Assembly (NCBI GenBank): GCA_041640595.1
Contig: JBEPZY010000009.1
Span: 32,001-96,000, forward strand
Direction: 5' to 3'
DNA length: 64,000 nt
From: Gemmatales bacterium
GTDB taxonomy: Bacteria > Planctomycetota > Planctomycetia > Gemmatales > HRBIN36
Part shown: positions 40,507-50,500 of the stretch, piece by piece
Layout: each line of letters opens with the position of its first letter
Position numbering within the stretch: the stretch's first letter is position 1
Translations under genes and position numbers: made by a program
Notes under the pieces: generated by a model
What the model saw: only the letters and a program-made list of their open reading frames with translations
The model's database searches: none
What the model was told of the DNA's origin: nothing

Positions 40507-41202
40507 CTAGGTGCGTTGTTCGTTCACCGAACCGTCGGTGTTCGCCGGCTGACTTGCTGATGTGGTCGTTTTCTCGTAAGCGGCACGGAAAACCGGTCGG
40601 CCCTGCTGGATGGCTTTTCGCTCAAAGTTGGTCATCCATTGCGGGTCTGGCGGAGGTGGCGGTGTCGCTGCGGGTTGCAGTTGTGTGTGTGTCCGCACCA
40701 ATTCCTGCATGACGGCGAAATACTCTTCCACGTCGCTGGCTATCCGTAATTGACCTCCCGGCTGCAGGATGCGCTCGGTGTGGCGGACAAAATCTTCCTG
40801 AAACAACCGCCTTTTGCGATGCCGACGTTTCCACCAGGGGTCGGGAAAATAGACATGCACCACCTGAACGCTTGATTCTGCAAAATAGGCCGGCAGAACC
40901 CGTCGGGCATCCCCGTGAATAAGCCGCACATTGGGCACCTGCCGTTTCGCTAGCCGCGTGGCCACGTATAGCACCAGCGCTTTGTCTATCTCAATGCCGA
41001 CATAGTTTCGCTCCGGGTGCGCGAGCGCCGATTGCAGCAGGAATCCCCCTTTGCCGAACCCCACTTCCAGTTCCACCGGATGCGGATTACCGAAAACGGC
41101 GGCGAAATCAAAAGGGCTCGGCGGGTCCTCCAGCGGGAGCAGATATGCGGCCAGTACTTCCAGGGGCAGGCGTTTATCACGCGGTACCAGTGTCCGACCC
41201 AT
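40507..41202 (-). CDS. trmB: tRNA (guanine-N7)-methyltransferase
   Basis: ELEVGFGKG, YFPDPWWKRRHRKRR and TNFERK. Confidence 0.95.
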   Translation of the reverse strand: MGRTLVPRDKRLPLEVLAAYLLPLEDPPSPFDFAAVFGNPHPVELEVGFGKGGFLLQSALAHPERNYVGIEIDKALVLYVATRLAKRQVPNVRLIHGDARRVLPAYFAESSVQVVHVYFPDPWWKRRHRKRRLFQEDFVRHTERILQPGGQLRIASDVEEYFAVMQELVRTHTQLQPAATPPPPPDPQWMTNFERKAIQQGRPVFRAAYEKTTTSASQPANTDGSVNEQRT

Positions 41203-41692
41203 GCTTTTTCTCCCTGAAAAATGGTACCCCGATGACTTCGCCTTCAAAGACCAACCGGCCGTTCACAAATCCCTGCGTTTCCGACTGGATCTGCAAGCGG
41301 TGAATGCGGGAGAGTTGTGCCACCAGCACTAACCGATCTCCTGGATACACAGGGGCCCGAAAGCGCACTCGCTCCAGGCCGCCAAACGCCAGGAAGTCCC
41401 CGGCAATCAGTTGCAGGTACCGGGCGTAAAAACCGCTCAATTGTGCCGCCGCTTCACACATCAGCACCCCAGGCATCAGCGGATAATCCGGCATGTGTCC
41501 GCGTAACCAGAACGGTTCCCGCGGAACATCGTAGTAACCGACCGCCAGGCGCTTTTCCGGATCGGCATACACCACCGCCGTCAGCATCTCCATTTCGTAG
41601 CGCTGGGGATTGTATTTGCGTATCTCCTCCAGCGTAAACACAGGTCGGCTGAAATCGAGCTGGCTGATGTCAAAAAGTGCAGCCCGCGGCAT
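41177..41692 (-). CDS. 3-hydroxyacyl-ACP dehydratase, FabZ/FabA family
   Basis: NPQRYEM, GHMPDYPLMPGVLMCEAAAQL and RFRAPVYPGD. Confidence 0.88.
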   Translation of the reverse strand: MPRAALFDISQLDFSRPVFTLEEIRKYNPQRYEMEMLTAVVYADPEKRLAVGYYDVPREPFWLRGHMPDYPLMPGVLMCEAAAQLSGFYARYLQLIAGDFLAFGGLERVRFRAPVYPGDRLVLVAQLSRIHRLQIQSETQGFVNGRLVFEGEVIGVPFFREKKHGSDTGTA

Positions 41693-42497
41693 GACCGCTC
41701 CTTATTTCAGGTCGCATTGCCAGAGGCATCGTCTCGAATCTGCCGAAGTGGCATCCCCGGCAATTTGTTCCGCACTCCGCAATTTTACACACCATCCGTG
41801 CACTGCTGGTGTATCCAGACGTTCCTTGCGGACAAACATCGGTGCGTTGAGCTGCCTTTTCAGCAAGGCGTGTCAACGAGCCTTTCGGTCGGCATGCAGC
41901 CCCGGCACTGACACCGTTGCTGCGACAATGCCGGCCAGCTCCCGTCGTGCCTCCGTTACTCCCCTGGACGCGACTCCTCCGAACCGTCCTCAAACCGCAC
42001 GCAGGCATTGCCAAACTTGCTCCGGTGTTTAGAATTGGTTTGCAGAATGGCGACAGGCACCCGGGCTAGGAAAACCAAAAGCTGACGCGGTGCCGCTCCA
42101 CATGGCGAACTTTGCCGCCCAGCTGCCGGGCTATCATCACCGCCTGCGTCCACCGTGTCTAATGCGGGGGATTTGTCAGGCGATAGCCGCCAGCCTGTCC
42201 CTTACAATGGAAATGCAGCACGCAAGCCACACTTAGCCCGGTCAACTTGGCGAGCTTGGCGGCTTTTATGCCTCCCTCGTCTGAGCCTCAAGGCCAGCAG
42301 CGGCGACTTTCCCGGGCAACGGCTGGTGCTGAACGGCTATCGTCAGGCAAGCCGAACGGCTGCTGAAACCGGACGCGCTGGTAGGCGGGAAAAGGCGATT
42401 GGCGATCGCTTCACCGCCTCCATCCCACGCCCTGACCCTCCGGAACGATAAAGAGCTCTGGGTCAAGAGAACCCCTACCCAGCCCCACGGGGACTTG

Positions 42498-42754
42498 GCA
42501 ACTAATCCGCCGAACAGCTCCATCGCCGCTACACCTTGCGCTGGGCTGGACTGAGACGCCAAGCCACGGCTGCGATTAGTCTGCCCTACGGCTCCAACGC
42601 CGCTTCATTCTATCGCAGCTAAGCGGCGACGCAGGCGGGACGTCCGCAACTAACCTGCCAAACCCTTTCAACGCCGCGCCGCTCCATCGGAGGTAGCCGG
42701 CGATGCGGAATTGACGCTTGCAACCAACGCGCCAGACGGCTCCAACGCTGCTAC
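42498..42754. CRISPR. Degenerate CRISPR-like array: 4 x ~35 nt repeats with exact 74 nt period, upstream of tRNA-Val
   Basis: GCAACTAATCCGCCGAACAGCTCCATCGCCGCTAC (42498), GCGATTAGTCTGCCCTACGGCTCCAACGCCGCTTC (42572), GCAACTAACCTGCCAAACCCTTTCAACGCCGCGCC (42646), GCAACCAACGCGCCAGACGGCTCCAACGCTGCTAC (42720). Confidence 0.6.
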
Positions 42755-42774
42755 TGGCTGGGATGCACAAACTT

Positions 42775-42848
42775 GGGCGCTTAGCTCAGCTGGTCAGAGC
42801 GCCACGTTGACATCGTGGAGGTCAGAGGTTCGAGTCCTCTAGCGCCCA
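42775..42848 (+). tRNA. tRNA-Val(GAC)
   Basis: GGGCGCT/AGCGCCC acceptor stem, D-arm GCTCAGCTGGTCAGAGC, anticodon loop TT-GAC-AT and T-loop GTTCGAGTC. CCA not encoded. Confidence 0.96.
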
Positions 42849-43051
42849 CTGGACGATTGTACACTAAGTGGCACGGAGTGCTAAGTAACGATACGGACGT
42901 AACTTGCGGTTGGCTGTTATTTTGGCAGTAGCGCTCTATATCGCTAGAAAACGCCGTTTGGTGCTGCGCTTTTTGCTGCGCCTGCATTTTTGCGCTCTGC
43001 ATTGTCAGAATTTGGTTGCCTTACCAGCTTGGGACACGCTGGCGCTCGGGG

Positions 43052-43423
43052 CTGAGTTATGCCCAGTTTTGACGGGAGCTCCGCTGGACGTCAGGCATGG
43101 GGAGGATAACGGTTACGTCGGACGGCCTGTTTTTCCGGGGGCACTTGGAACACGCAAGCCCCGCCTGTGCTTGCTCAGGTTTTAGCAAAGGTTTAGCACG
43201 CTTTCGGCATAATCGTGAATCTGGCGGCTGTTTGTGCTTCCTCAGGTTCTGGCAAAGGGCCGCCGACCGTTAGGCACATAGTTGGCTGCGGTCGGCTCGC
43301 CTGCACGCGGCAATGATGTTAGCACCCGGTGCGCGAGGCCGGAAAAATAAGAATTTTCGTAAGCTCTTGTCCGGGACTGTTTTTCGAAATCACCCGCCGC
43401 TATCAAAACTGGGGATGAGTCAG
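43052..43423. mobile_element. MITE / non-autonomous IS derivative, copy 2
   Basis: TIRs CTGAGTTATGCCCAGTTTTGA ... TCAAAACTGGGGATGAGTCAG; first ~130 nt clearly homologous to 3928-4060. Confidence 0.8.
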
Positions 43424-43705
43424 AGATTCACGCCGTGCTCAGATTCACGCCATATTCACCACGTAAACACCGGATGGAAGAATCGCGTCGGAAACTATGC
43501 TCGCCGAGCCAGGACGCACACAAGGCGTTCCAATCGCACATGGAAATTCAAAGGCCAGACCATAGATAAAGTCGCAGGTGAAAGGTTCACGTAGCGAACC
43601 GTGAACGGGCTGTTGGAGGATTGTATGGCAGGTGCGCACGACACTGAGGGGTCGCTGGAACTATTCGAGGAGCAAACGATGGCCAGCCTTGCGGGGCGGC
43701 ATGTC

Positions 43706-43812
43706 GAAACGGTGAGTGAAGCCGGGACGGTGAACCTGGCCCCGTGCCTGGCTCATCAGCCGGAGGTCGTGCTTTCGAGGGGAACGATGAGTGGGGCCGG
43801 GATGGTGAACCT
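43706..43812. repeat. Direct repeat pair, period 75
   Basis: GAAACGGTGAGTGAAGCCGGGACGGTGAACCT (43706) vs GGAACGATGAGTGGGGCCGGGATGGTGAACCT (43781), 27/32. Confidence 0.75.
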
Positions 43813-44200
43813 CACACAGAGCGGCGATGAGAATTGGCCAGGCTCGCGGTGGCCGTTACCTGCCGCCCGGAAGCAAACATGCAGAAATGGCTCGGATTTT
43901 CACGGTAGCTGCCAAAGAACGCCGCTTCTGGAAGGCGGAAAGCATGGCTGCGGGAGAAGGCCACGAGATGAAAGCGCCCATAGCTACGGTGCGGCAGGGT
44001 TATGCAAAGGCGATTGGTGTGAAGGAAGGAAATTGCCACGCGACAGAAAAAGCGGTGGCAGCGACCCAGCGTTGCTTTCGGAAGTCGAACGGCCTGGAGG
44101 CAACAAACAGCAGGGAGAAAAAATTAGCGGCAACAATTACCCGTTGTGTGTGCACAGTTCGCAAGGACAAAAGCGGGCGAGGTCGGCGAAAGTCTGGGTG

Positions 44201-47200
44201 ATGATGCTGGCCAGTCTGACGGTGAGCTGGGCGGTGCTCGCGTTGGTGTGGATCACGGTGATCGAGTGCAGGCCAGGCTGGGTTGGTGCCGCGCAGTCCG
44301 AACAAGGTGCAAAGGGTGACCAGGGACGCAAACCAGTCCGACTCTTCGCCGAGGCGGAAGATTTCCGGGTCACCTCCCCCGGCTGGGAGGTGGTGCCATA
44401 TCGGGAAAATTATTTCGCCTGTACATTTGCGATCACGTTTTTGTCGCGGATGGCAGCTCTGGGAGCGCCGGAGCAATTACCGCCGGGTCAGGTGGCGGTC
44501 GCGGAACAGGACATCCAGATTCCCTACGGAGACACTTACGAACTGCTGGTGCGTTACGAACAGCCGTACAACTTCTCCTGCGAGTTCACCATCGAAATCG
44601 AACAGCATGGCAAGGTGGTGGGTCGTTTCCTCTGTGGCCGGTTGACTGATCCGAAAATCTGGGCGTTCAACAACCACAAGCGTGAGCCGATGGTGCGCTA
44701 TACGTGGAGCGGGACGGATAACATCGTCTGGCAGCATCCCGGAGCGGTGAAACTGTCGGGGGGAGCGGCGAAGTTGCGGTTGTTAGCCACAGCCCAGCTC
44801 GACGAAGGCCGACCCCGTCGCAATGCCGCACGCCGGCATGTGGACGTCATCTGCCTGACCAACGACCGTGACGGTATGGAACGCCAGAAAAAGGCAGGTT
44901 ACCTGGAGTTCGACGGCTGGTTGGTGCAGGATGGCGACCTGTTTGTGCGGATCACCAACCCGGCCGACGCTCCGGCGCCAGTGGTGGTCGTGTTACCGCC
45001 CATGCAGGCCCAGCATTCGCCGTATTACGTACACGTCCGCGATTGGCCGACCACCACCGTGCTCAAGTCGGGTCGTGCTGTCTCAGCTACCGATTATCAG
45101 ATCGCCGGGCCGCGTTCTCAGCAAGTTCGGCCGGAATTGCTCGCACCGCTGGTGGAACTGCCCAAGGTCATACCGCCCGAGCAGTATTTGCAGCCCGGCG
45201 ACCGTTCCGGATGGGTTCCGATTGGTCAGTCGTGCGATGCCCTCAATTACGGCCAGTGGTGGGCTGAGGTACGTTATCCGCCGAAAACACCGAACGCTCC
45301 GCCGGCCGGCTCGATGTATCTCCGCTGGGAATTCGGCATACCGGACGGTCAAGGCGGCATTCGCGTTATCAAGGACATCACCATCCGCTGCGATGGCAAG
45401 GATCGGACGGAGTTCGGTTTCGACATTCCCGGGTGCATCCATCCCAATCCGACTCTGGCGGCGATCCTGAAACAACGATACTGGTTGCCGGAAATCCGTA
45501 CCCAGAAGGAAGCGTTACGCTGGCTTCTCGAGCAAGTCCGCAAGTTCCCGCAGGTGGGACGGGTGCCGGAGCGGTTGTTGATTTACGGAATCGAAGCGGG
45601 CAACACGGAAGAAGGCCGGCAATTGGGACTGGCCCTGGGAGACAATACTCGTTATCGCGGCCAGGGAAAGAAACGCGGCATGATCACGCATTGGCCCAAT
45701 CCCGACCTGAAATGGATCGAGCAACAGGTGGCCAAACGCCCCGGCGGTCTGGAAGATGTGCTCATTGTCAGTTACGGCGATGAGATTCACCTGCCTGCCG
45801 AAAAGATCACCGACCAGGAACTGGCCGACTGGCTCAAGGCTCGCGGTGTGGCTTACGATGGCCCCGTTCAGGTCGCCAAAGACCGGTCGCATCCGCTGTA
45901 CTACTACTCGCAACTGGCGGCCAAAGAGAAAGGCGGTGCTCGTTATGCCGCGGCCACGGCGTATTACAAAAGCAAAGGGGTGCTGACCGGCGCGAATTAC
46001 TCACCGCATGCCAACTTCCTGGTCAACGAGCTGGACTATATCCGCACGTTCAAGCTGCGGGCGATGAGCATGCCCTGGACGGAAGATTATGCCTGGCAGA
46101 TAGCGGAGTTCAGCCCGCAAGTCGTGGGGTATCTGCTCAGCGGTTTGCGAGCGGGGGCCAAATACGATCGCCTGCCCATGCACATGTACGTCATGCCGCA
46201 TTCGCCGGGCCAGATTCCCAGTGAGTTCCGCCAGAGTTTTTACTGTTCCATCGCCCACGGGGCCAAAATGATCAACTACTTCACCGCCACGCCTTTAGCC
46301 GTCGGTTACACGGAAAACTACGTGGACACCTACGACCTGGGCATGTGGCAGATGATCCACCGCTGCACGCATGAAGCGGGGATTTTCGAGGACTATGTGG
46401 TGGACGGCGAGGTTCGCCCCGCACGAGTCGGCTTGCTGCTGTCGAGCGTGGACGACATCATCACCGGCGTCAACAACTTCAGCCTGGCTTTGCACAACAA
46501 CGAGCGCAAAGCGATCTATTTCGCCCTGCGTCATGCTCAGGTGCCGGTGGATTTCCTCAGCGAGGATGATGTCATCGAAGGCAGGGCCCGCGACTATAAG
46601 GTCATCTACGTAACCCAGCAGTACCTGCACTCCCGCTGCATCGCAGCGTTGCAGAAATGGGTCGAGGCAGGCGGGACGCTGGTGGCCTTCTGCGGTGGTG
46701 GTTTCCGGGATGAGTTCCAGCGCGACAATCCGGCAGCGGTGCATCTTTACGGTGCCCGCAGCGGTCCCATCCAAACCGACCCGAACCTGGTTCCCAAATA
46801 CCTGCTCGGCCAGGCTAATTCGCCGTTCTTTGCCAAGCAGGATTTGCCGCTTTACGAACCGTGGGACTACGTGCAATGGAATCTCCGTCGGGCCAAGCCC
46901 TTCGCCACCGCACCGGCAGCACCGACCGATGGCAAAACAGCAGCCACAACCGCCGACAAAGCGAATGCTTCTGCCGCCGACGGGGGCGTCGAGCGTGTAC
47001 CCGTCATTGCCTGGAAACAACCGCTCACGGTAACAACAGGAACCGTGGTCGGCACGTTTCAGGACGGCAGTCCGGCAGTGGTTGTGCAAGCCCACGGTCG
47101 CGGACGCACCGTATTGTTTGCCTTTCTGCCGGGCCAGGCCTATCTGCGTAGCGGATTACCAGTGCGGCCAGTGGATCGGGGAGCCCACCCCGGCAGCTTT

Positions 47201-47551
47201 GCCCATTACCTGCCGACCGATATGGATCGGCATCTCCGCCGGCGTCTGGTGGATGATTTCCTGCCGGCAGACGATTCTTCGATCCGTCCGGTGCTGGTGG
47301 ATGCGGAATTGATCGAGACTACCTGCATTGACACGCCAGTCGTCAACGGCCGACCTGCACGTCTGGCCATTCCGTTGATCAACTGGAGTGGCAAGCCGGT
47401 ACCGCAATTGCACGTGCTCATCCGCGACGTGCAAAAAGTCAGCAGGGTGCGGAGTGTCGTTCACGGCGAGCTGAAGGCCACACCGTCACCGCAGGGTTTG
47501 CGGGTCACACTGCCGCTGGAAGTGGCCGACATGCTCCTCATAGACCGCTAA
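44201..47551 (+). CDS. Large exported glycoside-hydrolase-like protein with beta-galactosidase trimerisation (GH42 M / GATase-like) domain
   Basis: Signal/TM at the likely start MMLASL; YGDE motif; ARVGLLLS...IYFALRHAQVPVDFLSEDD...YKVIYV...WVEAGGTLV. Confidence 0.7.
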   Translation: MMLASLTVSWAVLALVWITVIECRPGWVGAAQSEQGAKGDQGRKPVRLFAEAEDFRVTSPGWEVVPYRENYFACTFAITFLSRMAALGAPEQLPPGQVAVAEQDIQIPYGDTYELLVRYEQPYNFSCEFTIEIEQHGKVVGRFLCGRLTDPKIWAFNNHKREPMVRYTWSGTDNIVWQHPGAVKLSGGAAKLRLLATAQLDEGRPRRNAARRHVDVICLTNDRDGMERQKKAGYLEFDGWLVQDGDLFVRITNPADAPAPVVVVLPPMQAQHSPYYVHVRDWPTTTVLKSGRAVSATDYQIAGPRSQQVRPELLAPLVELPKVIPPEQYLQPGDRSGWVPIGQSCDALNYGQWWAEVRYPPKTPNAPPAGSMYLRWEFGIPDGQGGIRVIKDITIRCDGKDRTEFGFDIPGCIHPNPTLAAILKQRYWLPEIRTQKEALRWLLEQVRKFPQVGRVPERLLIYGIEAGNTEEGRQLGLALGDNTRYRGQGKKRGMITHWPNPDLKWIEQQVAKRPGGLEDVLIVSYGDEIHLPAEKITDQELADWLKARGVAYDGPVQVAKDRSHPLYYYSQLAAKEKGGARYAAATAYYKSKGVLTGANYSPHANFLVNELDYIRTFKLRAMSMPWTEDYAWQIAEFSPQVVGYLLSGLRAGAKYDRLPMHMYVMPHSPGQIPSEFRQSFYCSIAHGAKMINYFTATPLAVGYTENYVDTYDLGMWQMIHRCTHEAGIFEDYVVDGEVRPARVGLLLSSVDDIITGVNNFSLALHNNERKAIYFALRHAQVPVDFLSEDDVIEGRARDYKVIYVTQQYLHSRCIAALQKWVEAGGTLVAFCGGGFRDEFQRDNPAAVHLYGARSGPIQTDPNLVPKYLLGQANSPFFAKQDLPLYEPWDYVQWNLRRAKPFATAPAAPTDGKTAATTADKANASAADGGVERVPVIAWKQPLTVTTGTVVGTFQDGSPAVVVQAHGRGRTVLFAFLPGQAYLRSGLPVRPVDRGAHPGSFAHYLPTDMDRHLRRRLVDDFLPADDSSIRPVLVDAELIETTCIDTPVVNGRPARLAIPLINWSGKPVPQLHVLIRDVQKVSRVRSVVHGELKATPSPQGLRVTLPLEVADMLLIDR

Positions 47552-47570
47552 ACTCGCTGGCTGAAAATGC

Positions 47571-47679
47571 AAGCCAGCATCTTTGGCGCCAGTGGTCTGC
47601 GAATGAAAGAGTGCTGGCTGGCACTGGGAGCCCAGGTGTGGCGGAAAGCCGGAGCATGAGCGCCAGTGCTCTCTGATTC
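47571..47679. repeat. Degenerate direct repeat pair, period 74
   Basis: AAGCC...GCGCCAGTGGTCTGCGAAT vs AAGCC...GCGCCAGTGCTCTCTGATT (GCGCCAGTG at 47586 and 47660). Confidence 0.45.
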
Positions 47680-47722
47680 CAATACGTCCTGGTGTCCGAC
47701 GGACACCGCATTAGCGTCGCCC

Positions 47723-48232
47723 TCAGGTCGGGCAAAGAATCACCGGCGGCGAAGCTGGCTGTACAGCATTCCCGGAAGCGGTTCTATTCGACGTGCTGGC
47801 GTTGCTCACCGGCACACTGCCTCGGACCGATTCGGTTACCGCGTGGGCGGTCAGCAACCGTTGCAGTTCGGTATCGCTCATCGCCCCTTCTCGCCGTAGC
47901 GCCTGCGTCTGTCCCCAGCGATCGCTGATGACCAGAGCTGGCAGGTTACGGACAGCGAAAGCCCGTGCCAGAGCCGCTCCGTATCCCCCATCGCTCGCAT
48001 TCGCATAAACGCAATGGAAGTGTTGTCTGGCCAGCTCCAGGCTCCTGGCCGACCAGCTTTCCCGAACCAAATTTTTCCAACCGCTGTCTCCTTCCCCGAT
48101 GACCACCAGAACCGGCTTGCCGTCTTGCCTGCACGCTCGCAAGGCCGCCCCGTAATCCCTGTTCCACACATCGTCCGATGGCGAGAGCGAGACGGCCAGC
48201 AATACCGTCATCCAGCCAGCTACAGGTTGCAT
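47723..48232 (-). CDS. Exported thioredoxin-like fold protein lacking CxxC
   Basis: AAGGAGGAG RBS before ATG 48232; WNRDYGAAL...GKPVLVVIG and LPALVISD. Confidence 0.65.
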   Translation of the reverse strand: MQPVAGWMTVLLAVSLSPSDDVWNRDYGAALRACRQDGKPVLVVIGEGDSGWKNLVRESWSARSLELARQHFHCVYANASDGGYGAALARAFAVRNLPALVISDRWGQTQALRREGAMSDTELQRLLTAHAVTESVRGSVPVSNASTSNRTASGNAVQPASPPVILCPT

Positions 48233-48459
48233 AGCTGCTCCTCCTTGTGGCATCCTCATTACCAGCGCAGACGACATAGCCTGCGCATCTTGAGGCATTG
48301 GTTTTAGCAACCCGAGGCCAACAGGGCAAACAAAATTTTGAAAAAGTTTCTGCTGCTTCCGCCAACCGCTGCGTTCATCGTGAAATTCCAAACTTGTTAT
48401 TCTCACCAAAACATCGCAAGTTAACTCGCCCACGGCTCATGCTTGTTCTCGCACATCGG

Positions 48460-48691
48460 CAGCAACGCATTGCCATCGGGCTACTCCGTCCAGTTGCGAC
48501 AAAATGCGGCAGGCGGCATGCGACCCCAATACAGCGACGCCTTGCCTTTGGTGCTACAGGGATAAACCACGTGCTGCTGCACTTGTCGGCAGCAATACAG
48601 CGACGCCCTGGTTTTCGTGCTACCCTAGCTGCGGCGAAATACGGGAGGCGGAACTCGAACGCCCACAGCGACGCCTTGGTTTTACTGCTAC
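48460..48691. CRISPR. Degenerate CRISPR-like array: 4 repeats ending GCTAC, periods 73/66/68
   Basis: CAATACAGCGACGCCTTGCCTTTGGTGCTAC (ends 48557), CAATACAGCGACGCCCTGGTTTTCGTGCTAC (48623), CCACAGCGACGCCTTGGTTTTACTGCTAC (48691), degenerate CAGCAACGCATTGCCATCGGGCTAC (48484). Confidence 0.6.
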
Positions 48692-49047
48692 CCCGGGCCG
48701 GGTCAGCGATAGATAGTGCAACTGTCCGGCGCCGCTGTATCGGACGCAAATCGCTGGGCGGCGCTGCGTGCTGGTTGTGGTCGCGGCAGGGAAAACCTTT
48801 TTGATCCGACGAATGCCAATCGCTGGGATCGCGAGCCACGTTCTGCCGGAAGTGTTATTGTGATATATGGCGTTTTTCACCGGGGCGTGTCCGAGCCAGG
48901 CCAGGTGCGGCGCCGCAAACTATTTCGCCGTGCCAACCCGAAAACACTTGCCCACTACCCTTTGAGTCTGGATACGGTCGTCTCGACGGCGATGCCGGTG
49001 ACTTCGTGCCTGCGTGAAAAGTCCGGCGCACAACGAAAGGACTGCAC

Positions 49048-50418
49048 ATGGAATCTCGCAATCAGCATTGGGCTATCCTCGGCGGTTTACTGGCCGGGGC
49101 TCTGGTGGGCCTGCTGGTCAACGTGTTCCGGGATACGCTAGACGCCACTGTAAGCTGGATACTGAACAAGGAGGTACAAGCTGTCGAGTGGGTGGTGGTT
49201 TATGTCGCCGAGCCCATCGGGCGAATTTTTCTCAACCTGCTACTGATGACCGTGGTGCCGCTGGTGTTTGCATCGCTCTCGGCTGGCATAGCGCAGCTCG
49301 GCGATTGGCGGCGATTGGGCTCTATAGGTCTGCGAACATTCCTGTTTTTCGCGCTCAGTATGACCATCGCCTGCATTACGGGATTGGTTCTGGTTAACTG
49401 GTTCGAGCCGGGCCGGGCCTTGCCTCCTTCCGTCCGTGAGGAACTTTTCGCTACGGCAAAGCGGACCGGCCCGGAAACGTCCCGAACAATGAGTGGGCAG
49501 CAGTCCCAGCCGAAAAGTGCTGGTGTTGCTCAAGATGGCCGCACTTCCGAAGCGCCGAAATTCGGTGTGGACTTTTTGATCGGACTGGTGCCGCGGAACC
49601 CCTTCCAGGCAGCGGTAGAAATGAACATGTTGCAGATAATCGTGTTTGCCCTGCTGGTGGGGGTCGCGCTTACCTTGCTTGCCGAGAGCCGCCGGCACTC
49701 GTTACTTTCGCTTCTGGAAGCGACCAGTGACCTGATGGTCGTGCTGATCGGTCTGGTGATGCGAATCGCTCCGCTGGCCGTGTTTGCGCTGCTGTTCGCC
49801 AGGACCGCCAGTTTCGGCCTTACCTACCTTCGACCGCTGGGGCAATACGTGCTGATTGCCTTGCTGGGTATGGCTGTTCATCTGCTGGTAACCATGAGCC
49901 TGCTGGTCTGGTGGCTGGGTAAGCGCAGGCCGTGGGATTTTTACCGACGAATCTGGCCGGTGATAGTAACGGCCTTTTCCACCAGTTCCAGCAATGCGAC
50001 GCTGCCGACCAGTTTGCGTACCGCTCAGCAAGAACTGGGCATTCCGCCGCAGGTGGCCGGGTTCGTCCTCCCCCTGGGAGCTACCATGAACATGAACGGC
50101 ACGGCTTTGTACGAGGGCGTCACGGTGCTGTTTCTGGCGCAAGTCTATTTCGGCACAAGTCCGGACTGGACAGCGCAACTGATCGTCATCGGTCTGGCTG
50201 TTGTTACTGCGATTGGCGCCGCTGGGGTACCCGGTGGTTCGTTACCCTTGCTGGCGACGGTGCTCACCGCCGTAGGCGTGCCCGGAGAGTACATTGGCAT
50301 GATCCTGGGCGTTGACCGTCTTCTCGACATGGCCCGAACAGTGCTCAACGTCGTCGGCGACCTCGTCACCGCTGTCTTTATAGCACGCAGCGAACAAAGC
50401 CATTCGGCCGGCCCGTAA
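49048..50418 (+). CDS. Dicarboxylate/amino acid:cation symporter (DAACS, GltP/DctA family)
   Basis: AFSTSSSNATLP, PLGATMNMNGTALY, GAAGVPGG and DRLLDMARTVLNVVGD. Confidence 0.95.
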   Translation: MESRNQHWAILGGLLAGALVGLLVNVFRDTLDATVSWILNKEVQAVEWVVVYVAEPIGRIFLNLLLMTVVPLVFASLSAGIAQLGDWRRLGSIGLRTFLFFALSMTIACITGLVLVNWFEPGRALPPSVREELFATAKRTGPETSRTMSGQQSQPKSAGVAQDGRTSEAPKFGVDFLIGLVPRNPFQAAVEMNMLQIIVFALLVGVALTLLAESRRHSLLSLLEATSDLMVVLIGLVMRIAPLAVFALLFARTASFGLTYLRPLGQYVLIALLGMAVHLLVTMSLLVWWLGKRRPWDFYRRIWPVIVTAFSTSSSNATLPTSLRTAQQELGIPPQVAGFVLPLGATMNMNGTALYEGVTVLFLAQVYFGTSPDWTAQLIVIGLAVVTAIGAAGVPGGSLPLLATVLTAVGVPGEYIGMILGVDRLLDMARTVLNVVGDLVTAVFIARSEQSHSAGP

Positions 50419-50500
50419 GCCCTGCCACAACTGCTTCCACCCGTTTGTGCCCTCCAGGCACTGTTGCCGGAAAAAACAAGTTTCTGCCTTTACCTGTCGC

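Noticed and set aside
42849..43600. Integrative element or prophage at tRNA-Val
   Set aside because: No integrase and no duplicated tRNA 3' end seen; only a MITE.
43591..43627. Single GTAGCG...GAGGATTG sequence resembling a 37-nt CRISPR repeat family
   Set aside because: Only one copy and no periodic partner found.
43601..44200. 200-aa N-terminal extension of the 1316-aa ORF
   Set aside because: Non-protein-like composition, overlaps duplication scars, and the signal-like segment begins only at about 44201.
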